NCBI GenBank assembly: GCA_947585605.1
Contig: CANPXC010000001.1
Coordinates: 1-45,362, forward strand
From: Candidatus Gastranaerophilales bacterium
GTDB lineage: Bacteria; Cyanobacteriota; Vampirovibrionia; Gastranaerophilales; Gastranaerophilaceae
DNA length: 45,362 nt
Reading direction: 5' to 3'
The notes under the pieces are model-generated. The model saw only the letters and a list, made by a program, of their open reading frames with translations, did not search any database and was not told where the DNA came from. Position numbers and translations under genes: made by a program. Within the stretch, counting starts at the first letter, position 1, and each line of letters starts with the position of its first letter. Positions 8,385-17,523 of this stretch are shown here, piece by piece.

Positions 8385-9394
8385 TGCTTAATTTCCTCCT
8401 TCTTTTTATCGGTTATGGTAAATAGCGGTTGACGGTTTGTAACCGTAAGATTTTTTGATAAATTATATTCACCTTTTAAATGTAAATCATATTTGTGTAT
8501 GGCTTTATTATCGTATGTGACTTTAAACCTGTTAGTTACAATAATTTCATTTACAAAATTGAGCGAAATTATTGTGTCCATACAGTCTAATTCTTTTTCC
8601 AGCCCTTGTAAGTCGGTTAATGAACTTAATACATAACAAAACGAAACTGAAATTCCGTATTTTTTAAATTCCAGTATTATAGAATCAAGCGTTGGGCTTA
8701 GATAGTAGATGAAATCGTCGCAAAAATTAAAATCTTTATACACTAGAAATAAATTTTTCCTGTAGTAACCTTTTTGCATAGGTTTAGAAAAACTTATATT
8801 TTCAATTAGTTTTTTATTGACTCTTTGTTTCCAAATTTCCACTTCTTGGAATGTAAGTTCCAAATCTTCTTTTTTTCGCTTGATTTTATTTGTGTGAGGA
8901 AGAATAAGAAATATCAATTTGGAATTTTCAAAAGGCTGAGGAACGGATTGTATTTCACCGGGAACACCTCCAATTTGTGTTCTTGCGGCGGCAGCAGCCG
9001 CAGCGGCTGCTGCCGCCCTCTTTTTTTGCTGCTGTTTCATTCGGCGTTCTTTTATTCTTCTTTCTTCCGCCTCTTGCATATCTACGATATTTTTGTATAG
9101 TTTTTCTACAAAGAAGTTAAAACCCAGTCCTGCGAATAAGGTTATAGTGCCTATAATTGCCAATGAAAAGTCAACTGAAACTCCCTGCGGAGTGTAAAAA
9201 TTGCTTACTAATTTATAAGGAATAATAAATAACCAATCGAAAATGTATAGCCATTCTACTTCAAGACAGTTTAAAAACCAGAAAATAAAACATAAAAATG
9301 AATAGAAGAAAAAAATGAAACGACAAAATTTCACACCGTATAATATCTGTGCGAATGTTTCAAGTTGTGAAATTTTATTATTGTTATCTGCCAT
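8381..9394 (-). CDS. Membrane protein of unknown function with an Ala11 tract
   Basis: 337-aa ORF. Hydrophobic N-terminal third (about 3 TM), basic linker RRIKERRMKQQQKKR, then A11, then a about 190-aa soluble domain with no recognised motif. Tightly packed between panC and dut. Confidence 0.55.
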   Translation of the reverse strand: MADNNNKISQLETFAQILYGVKFCRFIFFFYSFLCFIFWFLNCLEVEWLYIFDWLFIIPYKLVSNFYTPQGVSVDFSLAIIGTITLFAGLGFNFFVEKLYKNIVDMQEAEERRIKERRMKQQQKKRAAAAAAAAAAARTQIGGVPGEIQSVPQPFENSKLIFLILPHTNKIKRKKEDLELTFQEVEIWKQRVNKKLIENISFSKPMQKGYYRKNLFLVYKDFNFCDDFIYYLSPTLDSIILEFKKYGISVSFCYVLSSLTDLQGLEKELDCMDTIISLNFVNEIIVTNRFKVTYDNKAIHKYDLHLKGEYNLSKNLTVTNRQPLFTITDKKKEEIKQ

Positions 9395-9399
9395 CTATC

Positions 9400-10275
9400 C
9401 TATAATATAATATTGTCAATTAACCTCGTTTTTCCTGATTTTGCAGCGATAGCTGCGAGTGTATTTTTTGAAACTTTATTTACTTTTTCAAATGTGTCGT
9501 AATCTCTGAACTCTAAGTATTCCAAATCCAATTCTTTGCTTAGAACTGCAATAGCGCTGTCGAAAAGGACGTCTGCACTTGTAATACCTTGTTCGTATAA
9601 GCGTTGTATTTCTTTTAATGCTTTTGATATTGTTAAAGCATTTTTTCTTTCATCTGCAGAAAGATATGTATTGCGTGAGCTTATTGCCAGTCCGTCCTGT
9701 TCTCTTACAATTGGGCAAGGAATAATCTCTACGTTAACATTTAAATCATTTACCATATTTTTGAGAATAAAGAGTTGTTGAGCATCTTTTAAACCAAAAC
9801 AAGCATAATTTGGAGTTACTATGTTAAAAAGCTTTAAAACAACTGTCGCAACACCGTCAAAATGTCCCGGACGCGATTTCCCGCACAAACAATCTACAAT
9901 ATTATATGGCGGACATACAAATGTAAGTTCCGTGTCTGACAATTTTTTCTCACCGTACATTTCTTTTGCATTTGGTGCAAAAACAACATCCGCTCCGAGT
10001 TCATCACATAATTTTTTGTCAGCTTCTAATGTTCTGGGATACTTATCATAATCTTCATTAGGTCCGAATTGAATAGGATTAACGAATACACTTACGACTA
10101 CTTTATCACTGATTTCTTTTGCTTTTTTTATCAAAGAAGCGTGACCTGAATGCAGTGCGCCCATTGTGGGAACAAGTGCTATCGTATGACCTTCTTTTCT
10201 CCATTCTTTTACGGTATTTTTTACATCATTTATTTTATTTAGTAATACTGTACTCAAGTTTTTCTCTCTCCTCAT
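9400..10275 (-). CDS. panC: Pantoate--beta-alanine ligase
   Basis: VPTMGALHSGHASLI signature and full-length collinearity with PanC. Confidence 0.92.
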   Translation of the reverse strand: MRREKNLSTVLLNKINDVKNTVKEWRKEGHTIALVPTMGALHSGHASLIKKAKEISDKVVVSVFVNPIQFGPNEDYDKYPRTLEADKKLCDELGADVVFAPNAKEMYGEKKLSDTELTFVCPPYNIVDCLCGKSRPGHFDGVATVVLKLFNIVTPNYACFGLKDAQQLFILKNMVNDLNVNVEIIPCPIVREQDGLAISSRNTYLSADERKNALTISKALKEIQRLYEQGITSADVLFDSAIAVLSKELDLEYLEFRDYDTFEKVNKVSKNTLAAIAAKSGKTRLIDNIIL

Positions 10276-11089
10276 CCGAAAGATTAAAAGTATTTTCTTT
10301 AAGCGGAAATACTTTTTCTTTTACTTCTTTATTATATGAAGAAGCCGCATTTTTTATTATATCTTTTATATTAGCATATTGTTTGACAAATTTAGGAATA
10401 TTCCCTGCAAATTTACCTAAAATATCATCTATAACAAGTACTTGTCCGTCGCAGAATACCCCTGCACCTATACCGATTGTAGGAATATTAATATTTTCAC
10501 TTATAAATTTTGCACTTTCTTCAGGCACCATTTCCAGTATAACACAGAACGCGCCGTTTTCCTCCAGTCTTTTTGCCGAGTCCAGTAATTTTAAAGTATT
10601 TTCATAAGATTTTCCTTGAATATAATAACCGCCGATTGTGTTTATATATTGCGGAGTAAATCCTATATGCCCTGCAACATTTATTCCCGACTGAGTTAAA
10701 TGAGATATTTCATCTAAAATAAAATCAGAAGCTCCTTCAAGTTTAACGGCTTGTGCGCCTGCCTGTATCAATTTACCTGCGTTAAGCGTTGCTTGTTCTT
10801 TTGATACCTGATAAGAAAGAAAAGGCATATCCGCAATGACTAAGGCTCTTTTTACTCCTTTTGAAACAGCTTTTGTAAATGTAAGCATGTCTTCAATCGT
10901 AACATTAAGCGTTGTATCATATCCGAGAATTGTCATTCCTAGCGAGTCGCCTATTAATATTGAATCAATTCCGCTTTCATCAATATACTTAGCTGTTGAA
11001 AAGTCGTAAGCAGTAAGCATTGATATTTTTTCTTTTCGTTCTTTCATTTGCCTGAATGTACGAATTGTTACAGGTTTATTTTCAGTCAT
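10235..11089 (-). CDS. panB: 3-methyl-2-oxobutanoate hydroxymethyltransferase
   Basis: MLTAYDFSTAK, ILIGDSLGM, KLEG, HIGFTPQ blocks typical of PanB. 3' end overlaps the panC start by 41 nt. Confidence 0.92.
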   Translation of the reverse strand: MTENKPVTIRTFRQMKERKEKISMLTAYDFSTAKYIDESGIDSILIGDSLGMTILGYDTTLNVTIEDMLTFTKAVSKGVKRALVIADMPFLSYQVSKEQATLNAGKLIQAGAQAVKLEGASDFILDEISHLTQSGINVAGHIGFTPQYINTIGGYYIQGKSYENTLKLLDSAKRLEENGAFCVILEMVPEESAKFISENINIPTIGIGAGVFCDGQVLVIDDILGKFAGNIPKFVKQYANIKDIIKNAASSYNKEVKEKVFPLKENTFNLSDEEREKLEYSITK

Positions 11090-12386
11090 TAATTTTTTTC
11101 CTTTTCCTTTTTGCGGTACCAGTAGTATATTATTCTTGCAAGTCTTCCGGGTGAGTGTCTTACAAAAGAAGAATGTCCGTCTTCAAAACGTTTGTCTTCT
11201 ATTAAGTTCTTTTGTATTATCTCAATTCCCATTTTGTTAATTTCGTCAAAGTCAACAACAACAGGCTCTGAACCTGCATTTTTATATGGTGCAATTAATT
11301 CTTCGGGTAATTTTGTATTAACCAATACCGCATTTATAATTTTTTGATATTTTGCGTGATTGATTAAGGTTTTAATATGATCAGATACTTTAAAACCGTC
11401 CGTTTCACCGGGCTGGGTCATAATATTGCATACGTATATTTTTTTTGCCTTGGAATTATTTACGGCTTTTGCGATGTCCTTTATTAATAAATTAGGCAAG
11501 ACACTTGTGTATAAGCTTCCAGGCCCCAGTATAATTAAATCAGCGTCAAGGATTGCCGAAATTGCTTCCTCCAGAGGCTTGCAATTATCGGGTTCCGTAA
11601 ATAATCTTTTTATTTTTTTGCCCGATTCGGGGATATTAGATTCTCCCTTTATTATGGAACCGTCTTCCATTTCGGCAACTAATCTCATATCATCTAATGT
11701 TGAAGGCAGTACTCTTCCACTGCTTTAACCATATTCCGCGTGATTGCACACATTGCAGTCAGAAATAAGTTTCCGAAGCTATGCCCTGAAAGTCCCGCGC
11801 AATCTTTAAATCTGAATTGAAACAGTTTTGCAACCAAGTCTTCATCATCAGCTAATGCCGCAATACAGCTTCTTATATCACCTGGAGGTAATACTCCGAG
11901 TTCTTCTCTTAATTTACCGGAGCTTCCGCCGTCATCACCAACCGTAACAACAGCTGTAATATTATTTGTAATTTTTTTAATACCTTTAAGCATTGTGGAT
12001 AATCCGGTTCCGCCGCCGATTGCAACAATTTTCGGCCCGTGATTTAATTTCCTTCTTCTGTATAAATCTTCCAAAACCGCATGCCTGTTTCTTTCATTAT
12101 TAACATCCAGTATGGAATAATTTGTTTTAAGCCAGCCCCAGCAGAAGAATAATGCCCCCGTAATGATTAAAAACCAGCCTAAAATTTCAGGCGGCAGCAT
12201 TCTGGTAAGTTTTAAAATCATATTTATTAAAACATATACGGGACGAAGGTTAGTGATGATGGATAATCCTATTGCAGCAAGGACTGCACCTGTAATAATA
12301 AGGATAAACCATCTTTTAACTTCCAAGCCGGGAAGCAGCCAGCCTGCATCTTTGGGCATTTTTAAAGAAAATTTATTTAATTTCAT
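11089..12386 (-). pseudogene. YvcK/CofD-like (UPF0052, gluconeogenesis factor family) gene split into two ORFs in different frames
   Basis: ORF 11694..12386 carries two N-terminal TM helices plus GGGTGLSTMLKG...TVGDDGGSSG...SGHSFGNLFL. ORF 11089..11688 carries AEMEDGSIIKGES...GPGSLYTSVLPNLL...NIMTQPGETDG. The frame changes at about 11710-11725. Confidence 0.7.
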
Positions 12387-12398
12387 AGTTATTTACCG

Positions 12399-13169
12399 TT
12401 AAATCCATCCTGACAGTTCTGCTTTGTTGTAATTAAAAGGGGTAGGTTTAATGATTTCGTTTGCTTTTTTAAGCAAGGTTAAAGCTATCGGATTCTTTGT
12501 ATCAAAATGGAGAGTGCTGCAATTAACAGCCATAAATAATCCGTTACCGAGTTTAATTTGAGATGAAAATAAAATTGTTCGTATTCTGTTAAGTGCGTCA
12601 TCTTCATTTATATATTTTTTATTTTCCCAGTCAGGAAGAAATTCTTGTGTGTAGTACTTGTCAGCAAAAACTTCTCTGTTAACAACAATACCTGCTTCAG
12701 CTTCGACCTTTGATAAAATTTCATTATCAAGACAGTTATACGCCAGCCACTTATCAAATTTTTTAATGGATTTTGCAATGGTTAATGCAAAATTAAAATC
12801 TTCACTTGCCTTTTTATACATTGCACCGTGAGGTCTTACGTGGTCAATAATTAATCCGTAAGATTTGGCAAAGGAAGCTAAGGCGCCTATTTGGTATAAA
12901 ACAACGGCTTCAATCTCATCTTCCGAAAGCTCCATATCCCTGTATCCGAGTCCTGCGATATCATTAAATCCTATATGTGCGCCTATTGTTAAATTTTTTT
13001 CTTTACATTTTAACAAATATTCTTTTATTAATAACGGATCTCCGGCATGGAATCCGCAAGATATATTTACCGTGCTGACGTAATCTAATAAATCGGTTTC
13101 TATGTTGTTTTTATAGATTCCGAAGCCTTGCGCAGCATCTATATTAAAATCGATGTGTTCTAATGGCAT
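12399..13169 (-). CDS. pxpA: LamB/YcsF family protein (5-oxoprolinase subunit A-like)
   Basis: IDFNIDAAQGFG...NISCGFHAGDP...GAHIGFND...YQIGAL...HVRPHGAMY matches the PxpA/LamB pattern. Confidence 0.8.
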   Translation of the reverse strand: MPLEHIDFNIDAAQGFGIYKNNIETDLLDYVSTVNISCGFHAGDPLLIKEYLLKCKEKNLTIGAHIGFNDIAGLGYRDMELSEDEIEAVVLYQIGALASFAKSYGLIIDHVRPHGAMYKKASEDFNFALTIAKSIKKFDKWLAYNCLDNEILSKVEAEAGIVVNREVFADKYYTQEFLPDWENKKYINEDDALNRIRTILFSSQIKLGNGLFMAVNCSTLHFDTKNPIALTLLKKANEIIKPTPFNYNKAELSGWI

Positions 13170-13362
13170 ATAATCCCCTTTTACCAGAATTTATAATTAT
13201 AACTTTCCTCTTATATTATATATCAATATTGTATATAGTCTAGTTTCTTACAATTGTGAATGTTGACTTTTTTTATAAAAACATTAAATCGTATAAAAAG
13301 AGGTATTTTTATTAAGAAAAAAGGTTAATAATTAAATTGTATAACTGTAAGAATGTAAATAT

Positions 13363-13824
13363 ATGCCGTTTAGATACAGATTACAAAAAGTACTCGATTT
13401 CAGAATAAAAAAGAAAGAAGAACAACTACAGCAAGTAATAAAAGCAAAAAATGAGGTTGACAGAATTCAAGGTTTAATCGATGACAATAACCGTGAAATT
13501 GCGGGCGTAATTCAAACAATGCACACAACTACCGATTTTAGAATGATGGATTCCTATGATAAATACTTAAAACATTTATACGAGAAAGGTGAAGAACTGG
13601 AAAAACAAAAGATTGAAGCGGAAAAAGCACTCGAAATCGAAAAACAGAAACTTGTTGAATGTGAAAAGGAAGTAAAAGTTCTTGAAAAACATAAAGAAAA
13701 GATGATTGAAGCTTATAATGAAGAACAAAAACAAATAGAAATAAAACAGTTATCAGAAGTTGCGGTTCAAAAGTATTTCCAAAAAACAAGAGAAAAAAAA
13801 GAAGACGAAGGCGAAGACATTTAA
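13363..13824 (+). CDS. fliJ: Flagellar export chaperone FliJ-like coiled-coil protein
   Basis: 153 aa. N-terminus MPFRYRLQKVLDFRIKKKEEQL resembles the FliJ start (F.F.L..VL..R). All-helical charged sequence; followed by fliK-like and flgE-like genes. Confidence 0.55.
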   Translation: MPFRYRLQKVLDFRIKKKEEQLQQVIKAKNEVDRIQGLIDDNNREIAGVIQTMHTTTDFRMMDSYDKYLKHLYEKGEELEKQKIEAEKALEIEKQKLVECEKEVKVLEKHKEKMIEAYNEEQKQIEIKQLSEVAVQKYFQKTREKKEDEGEDI

Positions 13825-13835
13825 AAGGGTTTAAT

Positions 13836-14456
13836 ATGAAAGTTGAAAATCAAATAAAACAAAATATTGAAAATAAAGAATTAAATGTTCCCATGACTGA
13901 AGAAGAAATGAATGTTTTAAATTCGCAAGGCGGCGCATTTATAGACGTATTAAATCAAAATATTCCTTCAGACGAAACTCAGGATTTTTCGGATTTAGAT
14001 ATTGATTACAATTATGATTCTTTGATGATGTCAATAGAAGACGCAATGTTTTTTGTAAATCTGGCAAGAGAAGGGCAATTCAGTATTGAAGTCAATCCGA
14101 ACGGCAGTTTTAGTAATATTATGCAGCTTGAAGTCGCGCAGACCTCGGTTACTCAAAAAAATGTTGAAATAACAAATAATTTAATTAATTTGATAGAAAA
14201 AGCACAAAATACTCAAAAGCCCGTACGTATTACCTTTGATAATGATGTATCCGTTATATTAAAAATAGATAAACACGGTAAAGTTACGGCAGAATTTATT
14301 CCCGGCAGTGCGGAAGTTGAAAATTATTTAAGGAATAATATAGCCTCATTAAAACAGCGTTTTGACGAGCAAAACCTTCCTTATAATGATTTATTGTACA
14401 GGCAGAATAACAGACAAAATAAAGGAAAAGATAAAAATAATAAAGGAGATAAATAA
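13836..14456 (+). CDS. Possible hook-length control protein (FliK C-terminal-domain-like)
   Basis: C-terminal VRITFDNDVSVILKIDKHGKVTAEFIPGSAEVENYLRNNIASLKQRFDEQNL resembles the Flg_hook domain pattern. Position between fliJ and a hook/rod gene fits; the protein is short (206 aa). Confidence 0.4.
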   Translation: MKVENQIKQNIENKELNVPMTEEEMNVLNSQGGAFIDVLNQNIPSDETQDFSDLDIDYNYDSLMMSIEDAMFFVNLAREGQFSIEVNPNGSFSNIMQLEVAQTSVTQKNVEITNNLINLIEKAQNTQKPVRITFDNDVSVILKIDKHGKVTAEFIPGSAEVENYLRNNIASLKQRFDEQNLPYNDLLYRQNNRQNKGKDKNNKGDK

Positions 14457-15292
14457 TGCGTGACGCATTTATAACTGCAGTTAATGCTCAAAAAGTTACA
14501 AATAACTGGATTCGTGATATATCAGAAAACTTAATTAATGCATATACCCCCGGATACCGCGAAAGACAATTTACGTTTAAGACCTTTTTAGACGGTGCTA
14601 TCGGGGATAATTCTTTAAGAAATATCGGGCAGGGTAAATCTTCTCCGGGTACTTCTGATGAAAATATATATCTGGAAGGCAGCGGTTATTTTGTATTAAG
14701 AAATGATAAAGGACGTCTTGTTTATACAAGGCTGGGTGAATTTAAATTTGACGGTGAAGGCGTTTACAGAAGCTCTGACGGTCAAGCTGTTCAAGGATAT
14801 ATTTTAAATGATAAAGGTGAAATAATGAACGGTGCAAAACCGGTTGACGCCGAATCATTTATTGATACGGCTTTTGACGGCGGTGCAGCTTCTGTTCCCA
14901 CAACTAATATTAAATTATGGATTGACCCATCTAATGGTAAATATTTAGGCAAATATGAAGAATTCGAGTTTAAGGATGACGGCATATTGTACGGAAAAGC
15001 CGATGGCGGAAAGATTAAGACTCCGTTATATAAAGTCGCAATAATAAATTTCCATAATCCGCAGCAGTTATTTCAAGTTGCGGAAGGACAATTTGTGGAA
15101 ACTGAGGCTTCCGGAAGACCTGTTGTAGGCAGAGGAGAAGTCAGAGGCGGATTGATAGAATTATCAAATGTTGATTTTGACGCTAACACAACGTATTATC
15201 AACAGGCTCAAACCCAACTGGATATGGCGAATGCTTTAATTAAATCTCACAGACAATTACTGCAAAACGCTATAGAACTTATGGAAGGTTAA
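14456..15292 (+). CDS. Flagellar hook / distal rod family protein (FlgE/FlgG-like, short form)
   Basis: N-terminal rod motif (ISENLINAYTPGYRE, cf. NIAN.NT.GFK) and C-terminal LIELSNVDFDANTTYYQQAQTQLDMANALIKSHRQLL (cf. LE.SNVD...E...MI..QR.YQAN). Start overlaps the upstream stop. Confidence 0.65.
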   Translation: MRDAFITAVNAQKVTNNWIRDISENLINAYTPGYRERQFTFKTFLDGAIGDNSLRNIGQGKSSPGTSDENIYLEGSGYFVLRNDKGRLVYTRLGEFKFDGEGVYRSSDGQAVQGYILNDKGEIMNGAKPVDAESFIDTAFDGGAASVPTTNIKLWIDPSNGKYLGKYEEFEFKDDGILYGKADGGKIKTPLYKVAIINFHNPQQLFQVAEGQFVETEASGRPVVGRGEVRGGLIELSNVDFDANTTYYQQAQTQLDMANALIKSHRQLLQNAIELMEG

Positions 15293-15333
15293 TTTGGCAT
15301 AAACAACTCGGAATGGGAGTGACAATGTCAGGC

Positions 15334-15362
15334 AGGCTTTACTTTTGTAAAGCCTTTTGTCT
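15334..15362 (+). terminator. Rho-independent terminator after the flagellar trio
   Basis: AGGCTTTA (15334-15341) / TAAAGCCT (15348-15355), 6-nt loop, followed by TTTGTCTTATT. Confidence 0.6.
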
Positions 15363-15422
15363 TATTATGGCAAAAAAAATTTTTTTTATATTTTATTCCT
15401 TGTGTAAAAGTAAGGATTATAA

Positions 15423-16163
15423 ATGAAAATTTCTTCCGTTAATTATAATAATCTTTCAGCCAATGTTTTAACAAAGAAAAATCAAGTTATACCTTCTGTA
15501 AAACCTGCTTTTAGCGAGTTAAAATCATCTGAAAAATCACATAATGATATAACTTCTGTTAATAATTTGCCTTCAAGCTGCGTTAAGGCAAATTTTTTGC
15601 CTTCATTCGGAAGATCGCAAAAAATTAGAAAAGTAAAGTTACTTGACCTTGCAAAAAAAGAAATGGTAAAGGGAACGATATATAGTGAAAAGATGGATGA
15701 TTTAACGAGATTTAATATTGAAGTAAGAGGGCAAGAATTAGGGTATATGTATGTAAAATTTGATGAGGCTATATTCCCCGAGGAAGATATGGTATTACCG
15801 GAGCCATATAATGATATACCTGAAATTGTATATTTGAGAACGCTTCTTGGGGATAAATATAAGGGAGTAGGCAGTGCGCTTATTGCTACAGCTATTGATT
15901 ATAGTGAAAAACAAGGTAAAAAAGGATGTTTATGGTTAAAAACAAAAAAAGGATATGCTAAAAGTTTATCTCCTTACAGAAGTGATGAAAATCCAATTCC
16001 GTTTTATTATAAAGTCGGATTTAAGTCGCTTGACGAACGTACGGACAGTTATATAAAAAGTTGTCTAAAATCATCAAATTATAAAAAATTGCCGGAAAAA
16101 ACAGTATTATTTCTTCCGGCAAAAAATGCACAAATTTTTAAACATAAAATATTAGAAACCTAA
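15423..16163 (+). CDS. GNAT-fold acetyltransferase-like protein with a about 75-aa low-complexity N-terminal extension
   Basis: C-terminal half has a GNAT-like core (IVYLRTLLGDKYKGVGSALIATAIDYSEKQGKKGCLWL...FYYKVGF). The N-terminus has no signal peptide. Confidence 0.5.
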   Translation: MKISSVNYNNLSANVLTKKNQVIPSVKPAFSELKSSEKSHNDITSVNNLPSSCVKANFLPSFGRSQKIRKVKLLDLAKKEMVKGTIYSEKMDDLTRFNIEVRGQELGYMYVKFDEAIFPEEDMVLPEPYNDIPEIVYLRTLLGDKYKGVGSALIATAIDYSEKQGKKGCLWLKTKKGYAKSLSPYRSDENPIPFYYKVGFKSLDERTDSYIKSCLKSSNYKKLPEKTVLFLPAKNAQIFKHKILET

Positions 16164-16808
16164 TCGTTCTCCTGTTAAAATTACCTTAATTCGTTTTGCG
16201 GGATTACATAGTCTTGTTATAGCGATATGAGAGCATATAGAGTCTTTTGATGTACAATCAAAACATTGCCCGCTGGAAAAACAAGGGGTTTGTCTTAGTC
16301 CGTTGCCGGCGACTCTTTGCATATTGGTAGGTGCCGCAAAATTCCTGGCACGGGTAATTGCATCTTGAAGAGTGGGAACAACTTTGTTCATGCCCGCAAT
16401 AATAATAACGCTTCTTGGTCCGTACATTAGCGCAGCGGTTCTGTTCCCCATGCAATCGATGTTTACGAGTTCTCCTGATAAGCTTATAGCATTAGTTCCC
16501 ATAAGATAGGTGTCACATAGTAATGAATTTCTTAAAATTTCATTTTTTTCTTCGGGAGTAGTCGCGGTATCGCGGTTGGTCAGTTTGTAATTTCCTTTTA
16601 AAACATGGTCTAAAAGACCTGATTCTATTATGGACATTGAACCGCCCCAAGCGATTGTTCCGTCGTGCGGAATAAGTTCAATTGCTTTTTCTGCTGCAGC
16701 GCTTGCCGTTTCGGTATAATATGCGTCAAAATATCTTTTCTTTAAATTATTAACAACCTGTTCTCCGAGCTTTCTGTTTCGTTGATTAATATAGGCATTT
16801 TCTCCCAT
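16152..16808 (-). CDS. LUD-domain (DUF162, LutC/YkgG-like) protein
   Basis: AWGGSMS...GTNAISLSGELVNID..GNR..A...GP..VIIIAGMNKVV block plus Cys-rich C-terminus, as in stand-alone LUD proteins. Confidence 0.7.
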   Translation of the reverse strand: MGENAYINQRNRKLGEQVVNNLKKRYFDAYYTETASAAAEKAIELIPHDGTIAWGGSMSIIESGLLDHVLKGNYKLTNRDTATTPEEKNEILRNSLLCDTYLMGTNAISLSGELVNIDCMGNRTAALMYGPRSVIIIAGMNKVVPTLQDAITRARNFAAPTNMQRVAGNGLRQTPCFSSGQCFDCTSKDSICSHIAITRLCNPAKRIKVILTGERLGF

Positions 16809-16904
16809 GATTTTCTCCTTACCAATATAGACTTTTTATATAGTATATAGGATATTGTTCAAAATGTGGTAATCCTTTACAATTCATTATATTTGAGGAT
16901 TTCT

Positions 16905-17522
16905 ATGTTAAAAGCGGCGTTAATTATATTTTTGTTGTTGATTTGTGCAATTCCGGCTAATTCAATAAACTTTGAAGGTGTTTATGATAATGAAAAAATT
17001 GTTTTTTCTCCTTCCGCAAATTATTGGACTTGTTCTGAAATGTTTTCTTCTGACGGAATTATATTAACTAAACATGTTTTAAATTCCGAAAAAAATTCTA
17101 ATTATACTTATAAATGCGGTGAATTTAACTTGACTTCGGATTTTGAATTTCTCTATGAAGGCAGATTGATTGGTGTTGATAATAATAATTTAAAATTTTA
17201 TGAGATTATTTATGTAAATAATAAATTTGAAGAAATTCCGCTTAGCTATAATCAATTGCAAATGTTATTTACAGATGTGGATGTTATTAAGATATCTGAT
17301 TTTTCATCGGGAACATACACTGTTATCAATAATAACGAGAAAAAGGAGATTATTTTATACAATGATACTGATGAAAAATTTAACAATTATGCATTTACAC
17401 CGGAATTAAGTATAATAAATAAAGATATCAAAGCAGATATTGTTTTGCCTAAAAGAGGTAAAGTTATATTTGCTGATATTTCGGATAAACAAAGTAAGTC
17501 TTATACAATAAAGGTGAAATAA
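16905..17522 (+). CDS. Exported protein of unknown function
   Basis: ATG 16905 is preceded by GAGG (16895-16898). Signal peptide MLKAALIIFLLLICAIPANS. No family recognised. Confidence 0.5.
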   Translation: MLKAALIIFLLLICAIPANSINFEGVYDNEKIVFSPSANYWTCSEMFSSDGIILTKHVLNSEKNSNYTYKCGEFNLTSDFEFLYEGRLIGVDNNNLKFYEIIYVNNKFEEIPLSYNQLQMLFTDVDVIKISDFSSGTYTVINNNEKKEIILYNDTDEKFNNYAFTPELSIINKDIKADIVLPKRGKVIFADISDKQSKSYTIKVK

Positions 17523-17523
17523 T

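Noticed and set aside
11426-11728. 100-aa plus-strand ORF spanning the yvcK-like junction
   Set aside because: It is antisense to recognisable YvcK-family coding sequence on both sides of the junction.
15372-15387. A8T8 self-complementary tract between the flagellar terminator and the GNAT-like gene
   Set aside because: Such runs are expected often in DNA this AT-rich. It sits right after a terminator with no additional structure or conservation to suggest function.
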